Shown: piece after piece, positions 1-9,580 of the stretch | How positions within the stretch are numbered: position 1 is the first letter of the stretch | Layout of the letters: each line of letters starts with the position of its first letter | Assembly: GCA_963663545.1 (NCBI GenBank) | Contig: OY760505.1 | Span: 3,168,001-3,232,000, forward strand | DNA length: 64,000 nt | Direction of reading: 5' to 3' | DNA from: Candidatus Delongbacteria bacterium | GTDB lineage: Bacteria; CAIWAD01 | Translations under genes and position numbers: made by a program | The notes under the pieces: generated by a model | Databases searched by the model: none | Told to the model about the DNA's origin: nothing | The model's input: the letters and a program-made list of their open reading frames with translations, nothing else

Positions 1-124
1 GCCGGTGCGGGAATTACGGGCCTTGGCCCGTACTTGTGAGGGTTTTCCTCTGACGGGAAGAGAGATATCCAACGCCAACCGCAGCGAACTGCTGGAACTG
101 CTCGCTCGTTTTCCGCTGCGGTAG
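1..124 (+). CDS. 3' end of a gene entering the window; C-terminus resembles the extension of bacterial microcompartment (BMC) shell proteins
   Basis: Frame starting at base 2 reads PVRELRALARTCEGFPLTGREISNANRSELLELLARFPLR* (TAG 122-124). This resembles the 'ELRxLARxxxxFPxxGREISxANxxxL' tail I recall from extended BMC-domain proteins. The BMC domain itself is outside the window. Confidence 0.5.
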   Translation, partial: PVRELRALARTCEGFPLTGREISNANRSELLELLARFPLR

Positions 125-173
125 TCAGTGTGCACTGGCACTTGGCTGACAACAGAAGTTGGGAAGCGCAGCC

Positions 174-2927
174 ATGCATCGACGATCGCTGCCACGCCCC
201 CTTTCTGCGCTGCCTCGGTCGCTGCGGCGAGCCGTACCGGTAGTGGTGGGTTTGCTCACCTTTGCCGTCTCAGCAGTCGCTGCTGCGGGTGAGGGCCGGA
301 TCCTGCTGAAACTGAACTCAGATCCCTGCCCGGAGCGGGAGCAGCAGCTGCTCTGCGAACTTCCCGCCGGTAGTCATCTATCTCAGGCTTTACCACAAGC
401 GCAGCGCGTGCCCGGCATGGAGCGTATTCTGCGTCTAGAACTCCCGTCCGCGGCGGATGTCGCACCGCTGGTGGCACGCTTGAGTCGTCATCCACTGGTG
501 GAATGGGCGGAATGCGCGCCTTTGCGACACACCGACCTGCTTCCCAACGACAGCCGCTACAGTGAGTTGTGGGCGCCAGCCGCTGTCAGCGCTCCCGCAG
601 CATGGGATTTGGCTACACCCGGGACACACGATGTGATCCTGGCCGATGTGGACACGGGAGTGGAACTTGCTCATCCCGATCTGGCGGCCGCGCTGTGGAC
701 CAATACTGCTGAGGCTTCCGGCACAACGGGCGTTGACGATGATGGCAATGGCTATGTAGATGATATTCACGGCTACGATCTGCGCGCTGACGATGACGAT
801 CCCAATCCCGACCCTGGTGATACAAGTCATGGCACTCATACCGCTGGTACGGCGGCTTGTGTTACAAACAACGGTGCAGGTGTATCGTGTCTGGCCTGGA
901 ATGCGGCGCAGTTGATGGCAGTGCGAGCCGGTCACGGCACGCTAGTAAGTCACGGTGTCGAGGGATTGTGGTACGCGGCACTTAGTGGAGCACGCATCGC
1001 AAACTGTTCCTGGGGCGGCGACAGCTACAGCTATTACGAGCACGAGGTGATACGCGCTGTGCGCGAACTTGGGCTTCTGGTAGTGGCTGCGGCGGGCAAC
1101 AACGGCAGCAGCCGCGAACACTATCCGGGCGCCTATCCGGAAGTGCTCTGTGTAGCCTCGTTGGATGCTGACAACCATAAACTTTCCAGCAGCCAGTACG
1201 GTGGCTGGGTGGATCTGGCCGCGCCGGGATCTTCAATTTTGTCAACCGTAATTGGTGGCAGCTATGGATACAAGACCGGCACTTCCATGGCTGCGCCGCA
1301 GGTGGCAAGTCTGGCGGCGCTTGTGTTACATCAACATCCCGCCTACAGTGTCGATCAGCTTCGTGAGCACATTACCTTCACTTGCAATGATCTTGGCAGC
1401 ACCAACCCGTCTTACGCGGAGGATCTGGGGCGCGGCATGATCAACGCACAACGGGCGCTCGCCGAGTCGCCGTGCGCACTGGTACTGGCCGAAACGAGCT
1501 TCGACGATGCCAACGGGGACGGCATAGCGGATCCCGGCGAAGAGCTCGAGATGCAGATCCGTTTGAACGCTGTCCTGGGAGATTTCAGTTCAATCCAGCT
1601 GAGTCTGAGTTTGCCTGAGGGTGGTGGCACGGTGCTTGACGGTACCGCCCAGTTCACTAGTGTCACACAGGGCAACAGCGTCATCAACAGCGACGCCCTG
1701 CGCTTGCGACTGGACGAAGGCTTGGAGAATGGCAGTCGTGTCAAACTTCGTCTACTGATCACGGCAAACAATGGCTTCAGCCATCGCCAGTTTGACTGGC
1801 TGGTTGTATCACCGGTATATGTGACACATGACAATGGACAACTGCAATGCTCTCTCAGCGGGCAGGGAAGCCTGGGCTATCACGACTTTGCCACCAATTC
1901 CCAGGTAGGTAGCGGTTTGATCTGGCCTTCTGGCGCAAGTGAACACTTGTATCACGGCAGTCTAATGGTAGCGTGCGCCAACGGCCTTGTAGCAGACAAC
2001 GCCGAGTACCTTTCAGGAATAGGGGGCGATTTTGTCGCTGGCACTCCCAGTATCACCATGCAGGAGAACGGTGATACACAAACGGGCAACGCTGGCTTTG
2101 ACGACAGCAACATGGAGATTCCGCTTGGGTTGCACGTCGATCAACGCTCATGGACTTTTTCAGGTACTAATGAAGCAGACTTGCTGCTGGTGGAATACAC
2201 ACTGCTCAATACCGGAAGCGCCAGTATAAGTGCGCTGCGACCGGGATTGTGGATGGATTTTGACATCAATGGTGATTGGGGCGATGATACTGCCGGTTGG
2301 ATCAGCAGCGCGGGTTGCGGTTGGCAGACGGACGCATCTGGCGCCTATCTGGGCATCTGTTTGCTTACAGATGTGGTAGCCGGCTTCCGCGTGTGCCACT
2401 GGGACGAATGGCAGGCTGGTGGGCTATCGGATAGCGAGAAGCTGAGTTACATGAGCTCCGGATTCAGCCAGACCAGTTGTGATACACCAGACGATCTACA
2501 GCTGCTGTTATCGGCACCAGCTCATGATCTCGCAGCAGGTGAGCTTCGTGTCGTGGCCTTTGGCATTCTTGGGGCTAACAGCACGGCCGGGCTGGAACAG
2601 GGCGCGAGCGTAGCACGCTCCAGATACATCGCACTCGATGCGGGTGATAGTGCGCACATTCAACCTGACTTGTGGAATCTATCCTTGTATCCGAATCCCT
2701 GTAACCCCGCGACGATGGCGACTCTTCGCTTGAGTCGGCCTGGTATGGTGCAGTGGAGGCTCTTTGATTTGCGTGGTGCCTGTCTCGAATGCCAGACGCC
2801 GGGCCGGTTGGTGCCGGGCGTCTACCAATTTCCCGTTGATCTGAGTGGCCGTGCCAGCGGCCAATATTTCGTCGAATTCCAACTGGATCACGAGCGCGTG
2901 ATACGCCGTGTTCAGTTGATCAAGTAA
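174..2927 (+). CDS. Secreted S8 (subtilisin-family) serine protease with a C-terminal T9SS/Por-type sorting domain
   Basis: Signal-peptide-like N-terminus. Catalytic motifs DVDTG, HGTHTAG and GTSMAAP, plus AAAGN and the DDDGNGYVDDIHGYD insert. C-terminus YPNPCNP...LFDLRG...SGQYFV...VQLIK. ATG 174 chosen over TTG 159. Confidence 0.92.
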   Translation: MHRRSLPRPLSALPRSLRRAVPVVVGLLTFAVSAVAAAGEGRILLKLNSDPCPEREQQLLCELPAGSHLSQALPQAQRVPGMERILRLELPSAADVAPLVARLSRHPLVEWAECAPLRHTDLLPNDSRYSELWAPAAVSAPAAWDLATPGTHDVILADVDTGVELAHPDLAAALWTNTAEASGTTGVDDDGNGYVDDIHGYDLRADDDDPNPDPGDTSHGTHTAGTAACVTNNGAGVSCLAWNAAQLMAVRAGHGTLVSHGVEGLWYAALSGARIANCSWGGDSYSYYEHEVIRAVRELGLLVVAAAGNNGSSREHYPGAYPEVLCVASLDADNHKLSSSQYGGWVDLAAPGSSILSTVIGGSYGYKTGTSMAAPQVASLAALVLHQHPAYSVDQLREHITFTCNDLGSTNPSYAEDLGRGMINAQRALAESPCALVLAETSFDDANGDGIADPGEELEMQIRLNAVLGDFSSIQLSLSLPEGGGTVLDGTAQFTSVTQGNSVINSDALRLRLDEGLENGSRVKLRLLITANNGFSHRQFDWLVVSPVYVTHDNGQLQCSLSGQGSLGYHDFATNSQVGSGLIWPSGASEHLYHGSLMVACANGLVADNAEYLSGIGGDFVAGTPSITMQENGDTQTGNAGFDDSNMEIPLGLHVDQRSWTFSGTNEADLLLVEYTLLNTGSASISALRPGLWMDFDINGDWGDDTAGWISSAGCGWQTDASGAYLGICLLTDVVAGFRVCHWDEWQAGGLSDSEKLSYMSSGFSQTSCDTPDDLQLLLSAPAHDLAAGELRVVAFGILGANSTAGLEQGASVARSRYIALDAGDSAHIQPDLWNLSLYPNPCNPATMATLRLSRPGMVQWRLFDLRGACLECQTPGRLVPGVYQFPVDLSGRASGQYFVEFQLDHERVIRRVQLIK

Positions 2928-2942
2928 TTGTCCGGGGGAAAC

Positions 2943-5900
2943 ATGAATACCCAAGCGGCTCATCTGCGTGTTACATCCTGCCTGCTCTTCTGGGGCATGC
3001 TCGTTGGTGTTGCACCTTTATCGGCGACCAGCCTATCGGGAGTGCTGAACTCCGATCGCACCATTCGTGCGGCTGATTCGCCCGTCACCATCACGGCAGA
3101 CCTGAGCGTACCGGAAGGTCGCTGCCTGACCATCGAGGCCGGGGTAGAAGTGCGTCTCAGCGAAGGCGTCTGCGTGCTGGTAGAGGGCGAATTGCAGGCC
3201 TTGGGCCAGAAACAGTTCCCCATTCGTTTCCTCCCGGCTGAGGATGGCGTGCGCTGGGGCAACGTCAAGCTGCTTGGCTCCAAGGATGAGCCCGGTTGGG
3301 ACGAGCAAGGCGATTGGATTCCGGACAGCCATGCAAGCCGGCTGCTCCACTGCGAGTTCCTCGGCGGCGGCCGGGTTCCGGACCTGGACTACGACGGCGG
3401 CGCGGTTTATCTGCGGGGCTCTTCAGGCGTGATACGCGACTGCCTCTTCCGCGATAATCAGGCGGAGCGTGGTGGCGGTTTGGTGTGTTACAATTTTGCC
3501 CAGCCCTGGGTTGAAGGCTGCACCTTTGAGGACAATCGTGCGCTCCTGGACGACGGTGGCGCCATTTACTGTTTCCTCTACGCCGATGCACGCATCCGCC
3601 GCAATTTCATCGTGCATAACCGTGCAGAGCGGCACGGCGGTGGCATCTACATTTCCAATTCGAGTCCCGAGATTCGCGAGAATGCGCTCATTGACAACAC
3701 GGCCGGACAGCGTGGCGGAGCCATCTTTGTTTCGGGAAGCGCCACGCGCATTCTTGACAACGCCATTTACGAGCACAAGGCCGGAGAGGAAACGACGGGC
3801 CTTGTCTTTCAGGCCGACTGCCGTCCCGAAGTCAGCGGCAACTCGCTGCTTTCAGGTGGTGTGGAAGTCAGTGGCTTGAACCTGAGCTACGACATCGACC
3901 TGGCGGACAACTGGTGGGGCAGCATTAACGATGTGGCCATTGCCAGCAAGATTGTCCAGCGCAGTCGCGGTCTAAGCCGACATATCAATTTTACGCCCTG
4001 GCTCGACAAGCCGACGGGCAACTTGCTGACCCAGCCGGTGGAGATTAACAACCTGAGTATCATGGCAGATGAATCCTGGCGTGATACACTGCGTTTTGAT
4101 ATGGTGCAGACTGCCGTGATACGCGTGCAGGTTCGGGCCATTGACCGCAATCCTTATGCGGTTGACCAAACCTCTACGCTGGTACAAGTGGCTGAGCGTC
4201 CCGATCAGCAGTTCATGCTAATTCTCAAGGAGAGTGAGAAAGCCAGCGGCATCTTCCGTGGCGAGTTTGCACTCTCCGCGAACTACGGCAATATGGACCG
4301 TCTGGATGCTCTGGTGGGCGAGCATATCATCGTGCGCAGCTCGATCAATGAGGATGTGGCCGTCTGCTATCGCGTCGACGAAGCGCGACCCGTGATACAT
4401 GATCTTGCCATTACCAGTGATCCTGATCCCACGCACATGACCGCCGACCGGCTTTCCATAAGCTGGGAGTACTACAGTCTGCTCGGGGGACCGCAGGAAG
4501 CCTGGCAGCTGCAGGTTGGACGTGACAGCCTCTTTAACCCGCCTAGCGAGTGGGACTCCGGCCCCACCGATTGCACGGGCGGTATTCGTAACACGGACTA
4601 CCGCGGTCGCCGTCTTGAGGATGGTGAACGCTATTTCTTCCGCGCCCGTGTGCGTAGCAACAATGCGTGGTCCGACTGGGCACGGTTCATGGTTCGTAGC
4701 GACAATACTGACGACTACAGCTTTCGTTTGAATTCTCTTCCGCCCGTGCCGGCACTGCTGAAGCCAAGTGCGGAAGAAATCCTTCCCACTTTCACTCCCG
4801 TTTTTGAGGTTGAGCGTGTTACAGACCGCGAAGGTGATACCGTCAGCTACGATTTCCAGCTAGCCGAGGATTCTTTCTTTACGCGCATCATCGAAAGCAG
4901 CGAGACCAAAGACCTGCGCGAACCCAAGTGGCAACCTGAAACTCAGTTGCGTGACAATGGCAGTTATTTCTGGCGTGTGCGCGTGCGCGACGGGTATGAA
5001 GAAGGTGCCTGGAGCACGGGGCGTCGCTTCTATCTGAATCCGGTGGAAGAGGCTCCCTTGGCATTCGCTCTGCTGGAGCCTCGTGGTGCGATCGCCGATG
5101 TGTTACCCACTTTCGCCTGGCAGCAGAGCCTGGATCCGGATCCGGGTTCCAGCGTGAGCTACACCTTCCTTATTGCAACAAAACAGGATCTCTCCGACGC
5201 CGAGCGCATTCCCGGCGTGCAGATCCTTTCGTATCAGAAGCGCGCTGAACTGGCCAACCGTAGCAGCGTTTACTGGGCCGTGGATGCAGTGGATAATTCG
5301 GGGCGTGTAACACGGTCCAGCGAGATCTGGCGTCTGGATGTGGACACAACGCCGAGCGTGCCTTCGGCCGTCTTCCCCTCTGGGGAGGAAGAAATGCTGG
5401 CGGCCCAGGTGTTTGGTTTCCAGGAATCCACGGATCCCTGGCCGCAAGATGTTCTGAGTTATGAAGTGCAGATATCCGGTGACGGCTCTTTTACACCGCC
5501 CTTGCTTAAGGCGAGCGGTCTGGCAGCCGCCGATCTTCGTCAAATGGCCATTGACGGCTATCCCGATGCCGAGCGGCTCAATGACGATCAGAAGTACTTC
5601 TGGCGGCTGCGGGCCATAGACAATCACAACGCCGCCTCCGACTGGTCGCGCGTGCGCAGTTTCTACTTCAACCGCTTCAACAATCCGCCGGAAGTGCCGC
5701 AGCTACTGCAGCCCTTGGCAGATGCAGTCGTCAGCGAAGACCCCCTGTTGGTGTGGTCTGTCTGCGATGATCCCGACTTCAGCGATCCAGCCGAAAGCCT
5801 TGTCTACACCTTGCAGTGTTGTCCCCTGGCCGATTTCCGCACGGCGGTGGTGGAACACGCTTTGCCAGCGGGAACTCAGTTGAATCTGATGAAGGAGCTG

Positions 5901-8900
5901 GCCGACAACCAACTCTGGTATTGGCGTGTTAGCGTGCGTGATAATGAGGCCGCCAGTAGTGGCTGGTCGCAAACGCATTCCTTCGTGCTGAATCGCATGC
6001 CGGACGCTCCGCGTCCCTTCGCGCTGCAACAGCCGACGGAAGGAGAAAGCCTCTATCGTCTGGATGGAATCGGATTCAATTGGACTCCTTCCAGCGACCC
6101 GGATTGGGCTTCCAGCATCAGCTACAAGTGGACAGTGGCCAGTGATGCAGCGCTCAGACAAGTGCTGGCAGAAGGCGAGACGGAGGCAACGGAAGCTTCT
6201 GCGCGATGCACCTTCACAAGCGGCAGCGATTATTACCTGGGTGTAAGCGCGGTTGACGATACAGGCCTGTCTACTCCCTGCACTGTTCGCCGCTTCCATG
6301 TGGATAGCCGGCCCAACTCGCCAGCCTTCGATGGCTTGGCGCAAATGGATGAGGTTGGATCCAACGATGTCCTGCGGTGGACGGCGGCAGAGGATCCGGA
6401 TCCCCGCGACCGCCTGCTCTATCGTATTACGCTGCGTGATACACAGGGTCGAGCCCTGGTCGATGTAGCCGATCTACCGCAGACCGAAGTCACATTGGGA
6501 CGCCTTTTCAACGCCGACAAACTAGTGGACAACCAGCGTATCACGGCGGAGCTCAGTGTCAGTGATCCACACGGTCTTAGCAATCAGGCTGCGCCGGTGT
6601 CCTTCTGGTTCAATCGGTCCAACGATGCCCCAAGTGCACCGAGTTGGATCACGGCCTTGGCGACGGAGCGTGTGTTCCAGACGCTGAATCCCGAGCTCGA
6701 GTTCACACCGGGAGAGGACCCGGATCCGCTGGATGGTGTGGCCAACTTGTCTCACGAGCTGCAGATCGCCAGCAGTGCGGAGTTCAATGATCCGCGTGTA
6801 ACACGCCTTGATCCCGGAATCAGCAGGTTGAGCAATCTGCGCCTTGGAGACAACCAACGTTGGTTCCTGCGCTTGCGCACTCTTGACCGTGCCGGAGCTG
6901 CATCTGCTTGGACGGAACCCGTACATCTGGTCGTCAACCTTGTGGAAGATGCACCCACAGCGCCGGTGATACAAAATCCGCCTGCGCGCACTGTTGCCTT
7001 CGACTTGACCGGGCTCACTGTTCAGGCCACGGCGTCCGTGGATCCCGATGTGGACTCCAGCTTGCGTTATCGTGCCGAACTCTATCAAGGGAGCGAACGA
7101 TTGGCAAGTGCAGAAGGTGATACCCCGAACTTGCGTATCACACATCCCATGCAGAACAAGGCCCAATACAGTGTGATCCTGGTAGCCCTGGACAACACTG
7201 GACGAAGCACACCTTCGTCACGCGTAGACTTCAGTGTCGACAGCACCCCCGGCGAGACCATGTTCACGGGTATCGCGGATGGCTCTGTTGTAGGACCAAC
7301 GGATCGTGTTTCCTGGACCGCCGCGGTCGACCCAGATCCGCAGGATGTCATTCGCTACGAGCTACAGGCAAGCCGTCGCAGCGATTTCGTTGCTGCTCGT
7401 AGTTATCAGGTGAATACCACCAGTTTCACTTTGAGCCAGCTAGCCGAAGTGGCCGAGGAGAACGGTGCCCTGAATCTCCGTGTGCGTGCCCTCGATGATC
7501 AGGATCTGCAGGGACCGTGGAGCCGTGAGCTCGCCTTGGTTTGGGACGCTGTCAATGAGACACCTGTCTGGCAGGGAACGCTGTCGCCTGCTTCGGGAAT
7601 CCTGCGTAGCAATGAGCCAACAATCAGCTGGCAGCAGCCACTTGATCCTGATCGTCGTCCGCAGCGTTTGACCGTCACAGTCGAAATCGCCGCGGATGAG
7701 AGTTTCAATGAAACCCTGACCAGCCGCAACTTCACTGCCGCAGATGGTTCCGGGCAGTTGCCCGCGCGCGAGAACAATGAGCGTTGGATGCGTGCGCGTG
7801 TCACAGATCAGGGCGGGCTGCAGAGCGAGTGGTCGCCGGTTGTGCACTACATCGTCAATGCTACTGAAGAAGCGCCCAGTGCTCCTGTGCTGAATGGACC
7901 CGCGGACGGTGCTCGTGTCCGTGGATCACAGACCTTCCGCTGGCAGGCCGCAAGCGATCCGGATCCCGGCGATCAGCTTAGCTATCATCTGGAGCTGACC
8001 GGAGCTACCAGCCTACAGCGTGTCACGGAATCCAATAGCATCGAGCTGGATGTGAGTCAGTTGCCTGCAGGCGACTACCGCTGGCAGGTGATTGCCATTG
8101 ACCGCACTGGCAATCAGAGCAAATCGACGCCGAGAGCACTGAGAGTAGTAGGTCCGCCTGAGATGAGTCTGGAACTGCGCGAGGGCACGGTTCTCGGTGT
8201 TACAGATCAACTCTCCTGGCGTATCACATCTGATTTGTTGCAGGGAGAACAGCCAACGATCGAGATCGAGCTTACGCCTGCGGACGGCGGGACGATCATC
8301 CGCAAAGAAGCGCGTGGTACGACGCTTTCGATGCGCGAGTTGGCACCTCAGCTCGAAGAGAACCAGTGGTACAGTCTGCGCGCCCGTGCCCGTGGAAACC
8401 AGGACATAACGGGTAGCTACACCGCTCCGGTGCGTGTGGGTTGGGATCGCGTCAACGACGCACCACAGTGGAAGGGAATTAGCGGGCCTGCTGAAGGTCT
8501 GCTGCGAACCAGCGAACCGACCTTGAGTTGGCAACAGCCCGAAGACGCAGATCTGCGCCCGCAGCGATTGCAGGTGCGCGTAGATATTGCGACGGATGCC
8601 GGCTTCGAGGACATCTTGGTGAGCAAGAATTACAACGCCCAGGAGGGTAGTGCGTCGATTCGACTGCGTGAGAACAACGAGCGCTTTGTGCGCGTGCGCG
8701 TGTTCGATCAGGATGACGCGGTCAGCGATTGGTCGAAAACCATGCACTACATCATTAATGAAGACGAAGAAGCTCCCAGTGCGCCGCAGCTGCTGCAGCC
8801 CTCGGGACGTGTTACACCTGGACAGCTGAGTTTCCGCTGGCGTGAATCCAGTGATCCGGATCCCGGCGCCGAGTTGCGCTATCAGCTGGTCCTGACCGAT

Positions 8901-9050
8901 CAAAACGGCGGCAGCCAGAGCTTCGACCTTGAGGACACGAGTTTCCAGCACGAGTTGACCGTTGGAAACTGGCGCTGGCAGGTGATCGCCATTGACAACA
9001 CCGGTCTGCGTACGCCCTCATCGGAGCGCGATTTGGAAGTCCGCGAATAA
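2943..9050 (+). CDS. Large secreted protein: right-handed parallel beta-helix followed by ~15 FN3/Ig-like modules
   Basis: Signal peptide. GGAIY/GGGIY...N.A repeats and a NWWG motif in the N-terminal part. Then repeated modules with the pattern W..S.DPD....Y.....YxWRVxAxD....S.WS. Confidence 0.85.
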   Translation: MNTQAAHLRVTSCLLFWGMLVGVAPLSATSLSGVLNSDRTIRAADSPVTITADLSVPEGRCLTIEAGVEVRLSEGVCVLVEGELQALGQKQFPIRFLPAEDGVRWGNVKLLGSKDEPGWDEQGDWIPDSHASRLLHCEFLGGGRVPDLDYDGGAVYLRGSSGVIRDCLFRDNQAERGGGLVCYNFAQPWVEGCTFEDNRALLDDGGAIYCFLYADARIRRNFIVHNRAERHGGGIYISNSSPEIRENALIDNTAGQRGGAIFVSGSATRILDNAIYEHKAGEETTGLVFQADCRPEVSGNSLLSGGVEVSGLNLSYDIDLADNWWGSINDVAIASKIVQRSRGLSRHINFTPWLDKPTGNLLTQPVEINNLSIMADESWRDTLRFDMVQTAVIRVQVRAIDRNPYAVDQTSTLVQVAERPDQQFMLILKESEKASGIFRGEFALSANYGNMDRLDALVGEHIIVRSSINEDVAVCYRVDEARPVIHDLAITSDPDPTHMTADRLSISWEYYSLLGGPQEAWQLQVGRDSLFNPPSEWDSGPTDCTGGIRNTDYRGRRLEDGERYFFRARVRSNNAWSDWARFMVRSDNTDDYSFRLNSLPPVPALLKPSAEEILPTFTPVFEVERVTDREGDTVSYDFQLAEDSFFTRIIESSETKDLREPKWQPETQLRDNGSYFWRVRVRDGYEEGAWSTGRRFYLNPVEEAPLAFALLEPRGAIADVLPTFAWQQSLDPDPGSSVSYTFLIATKQDLSDAERIPGVQILSYQKRAELANRSSVYWAVDAVDNSGRVTRSSEIWRLDVDTTPSVPSAVFPSGEEEMLAAQVFGFQESTDPWPQDVLSYEVQISGDGSFTPPLLKASGLAAADLRQMAIDGYPDAERLNDDQKYFWRLRAIDNHNAASDWSRVRSFYFNRFNNPPEVPQLLQPLADAVVSEDPLLVWSVCDDPDFSDPAESLVYTLQCCPLADFRTAVVEHALPAGTQLNLMKELADNQLWYWRVSVRDNEAASSGWSQTHSFVLNRMPDAPRPFALQQPTEGESLYRLDGIGFNWTPSSDPDWASSISYKWTVASDAALRQVLAEGETEATEASARCTFTSGSDYYLGVSAVDDTGLSTPCTVRRFHVDSRPNSPAFDGLAQMDEVGSNDVLRWTAAEDPDPRDRLLYRITLRDTQGRALVDVADLPQTEVTLGRLFNADKLVDNQRITAELSVSDPHGLSNQAAPVSFWFNRSNDAPSAPSWITALATERVFQTLNPELEFTPGEDPDPLDGVANLSHELQIASSAEFNDPRVTRLDPGISRLSNLRLGDNQRWFLRLRTLDRAGAASAWTEPVHLVVNLVEDAPTAPVIQNPPARTVAFDLTGLTVQATASVDPDVDSSLRYRAELYQGSERLASAEGDTPNLRITHPMQNKAQYSVILVALDNTGRSTPSSRVDFSVDSTPGETMFTGIADGSVVGPTDRVSWTAAVDPDPQDVIRYELQASRRSDFVAARSYQVNTTSFTLSQLAEVAEENGALNLRVRALDDQDLQGPWSRELALVWDAVNETPVWQGTLSPASGILRSNEPTISWQQPLDPDRRPQRLTVTVEIAADESFNETLTSRNFTAADGSGQLPARENNERWMRARVTDQGGLQSEWSPVVHYIVNATEEAPSAPVLNGPADGARVRGSQTFRWQAASDPDPGDQLSYHLELTGATSLQRVTESNSIELDVSQLPAGDYRWQVIAIDRTGNQSKSTPRALRVVGPPEMSLELREGTVLGVTDQLSWRITSDLLQGEQPTIEIELTPADGGTIIRKEARGTTLSMRELAPQLEENQWYSLRARARGNQDITGSYTAPVRVGWDRVNDAPQWKGISGPAEGLLRTSEPTLSWQQPEDADLRPQRLQVRVDIATDAGFEDILVSKNYNAQEGSASIRLRENNERFVRVRVFDQDDAVSDWSKTMHYIINEDEEAPSAPQLLQPSGRVTPGQLSFRWRESSDPDPGAELRYQLVLTDQNGGSQSFDLEDTSFQHELTVGNWRWQVIAIDNTGLRTPSSERDLEVRE

Positions 9051-9083
9051 GCGTGATCCACTGATTTCGTCAGAGAAGATGGA

Positions 9084-9119
9084 CAACCGCCCTCGACTTC
9101 GGGGGCGGTTGCGCTTTTT
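9084..9119 (+). terminator. Intrinsic terminator after the beta-helix/FN3 gene
   Basis: CAACCGCCCTCG-ACTT-CGGGGGCGGTTG stem followed by CGCTTTTT. Confidence 0.75.
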
Positions 9120-9154
9120 AGGGATCTTGCTTCCTTGTATCACGTATCACGACC

Positions 9155-9580
9155 ATGGATAAGAACATGCACAAGCGCATGGAGCGTGTACGCAACAAAG
9201 GGCGTGATGCAGAGGAGCGCGCGGCCGCATTTCTGCAGGAGTCCGGGTTTGAGATCCTGCGGCGCAATTTGCGAATTCGTCACACGGGAGAGCTGGATCT
9301 GCTGGTCCGGCGCGGTACGGAACTGCATATTGTAGAAGTGAAGAGCGGGAGACCCGAAGAGGCAATGCAGCGCCTCAACGGTGCCAAACTGCAGCATCTG
9401 ATGCAGACGATGTCCATCTTGCTTGTGCGCGAACCCGAACTGATGGAAGGCGTGGAGGATGTTCTGCTGGATCTGTTGCTGGTGCCGGACCACGGAGGGA
9501 AGCTGCGCCTGATGGAGAATGTGATCCCGCCGGAACTGATTCTTTGCAGCGGAGGCCGTGCCACATGCAGGATACCCTGA
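9155..9580 (+). CDS. yraN: YraN family (UPF0102) PD-(D/E)XK nuclease
   Basis: KGRDAEERAAAFLQESGFEILRRN...GELDL...IVEVK, the typical UPF0102 pattern. Confidence 0.85.
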   Translation: MDKNMHKRMERVRNKGRDAEERAAAFLQESGFEILRRNLRIRHTGELDLLVRRGTELHIVEVKSGRPEEAMQRLNGAKLQHLMQTMSILLVREPELMEGVEDVLLDLLLVPDHGGKLRLMENVIPPELILCSGGRATCRIP

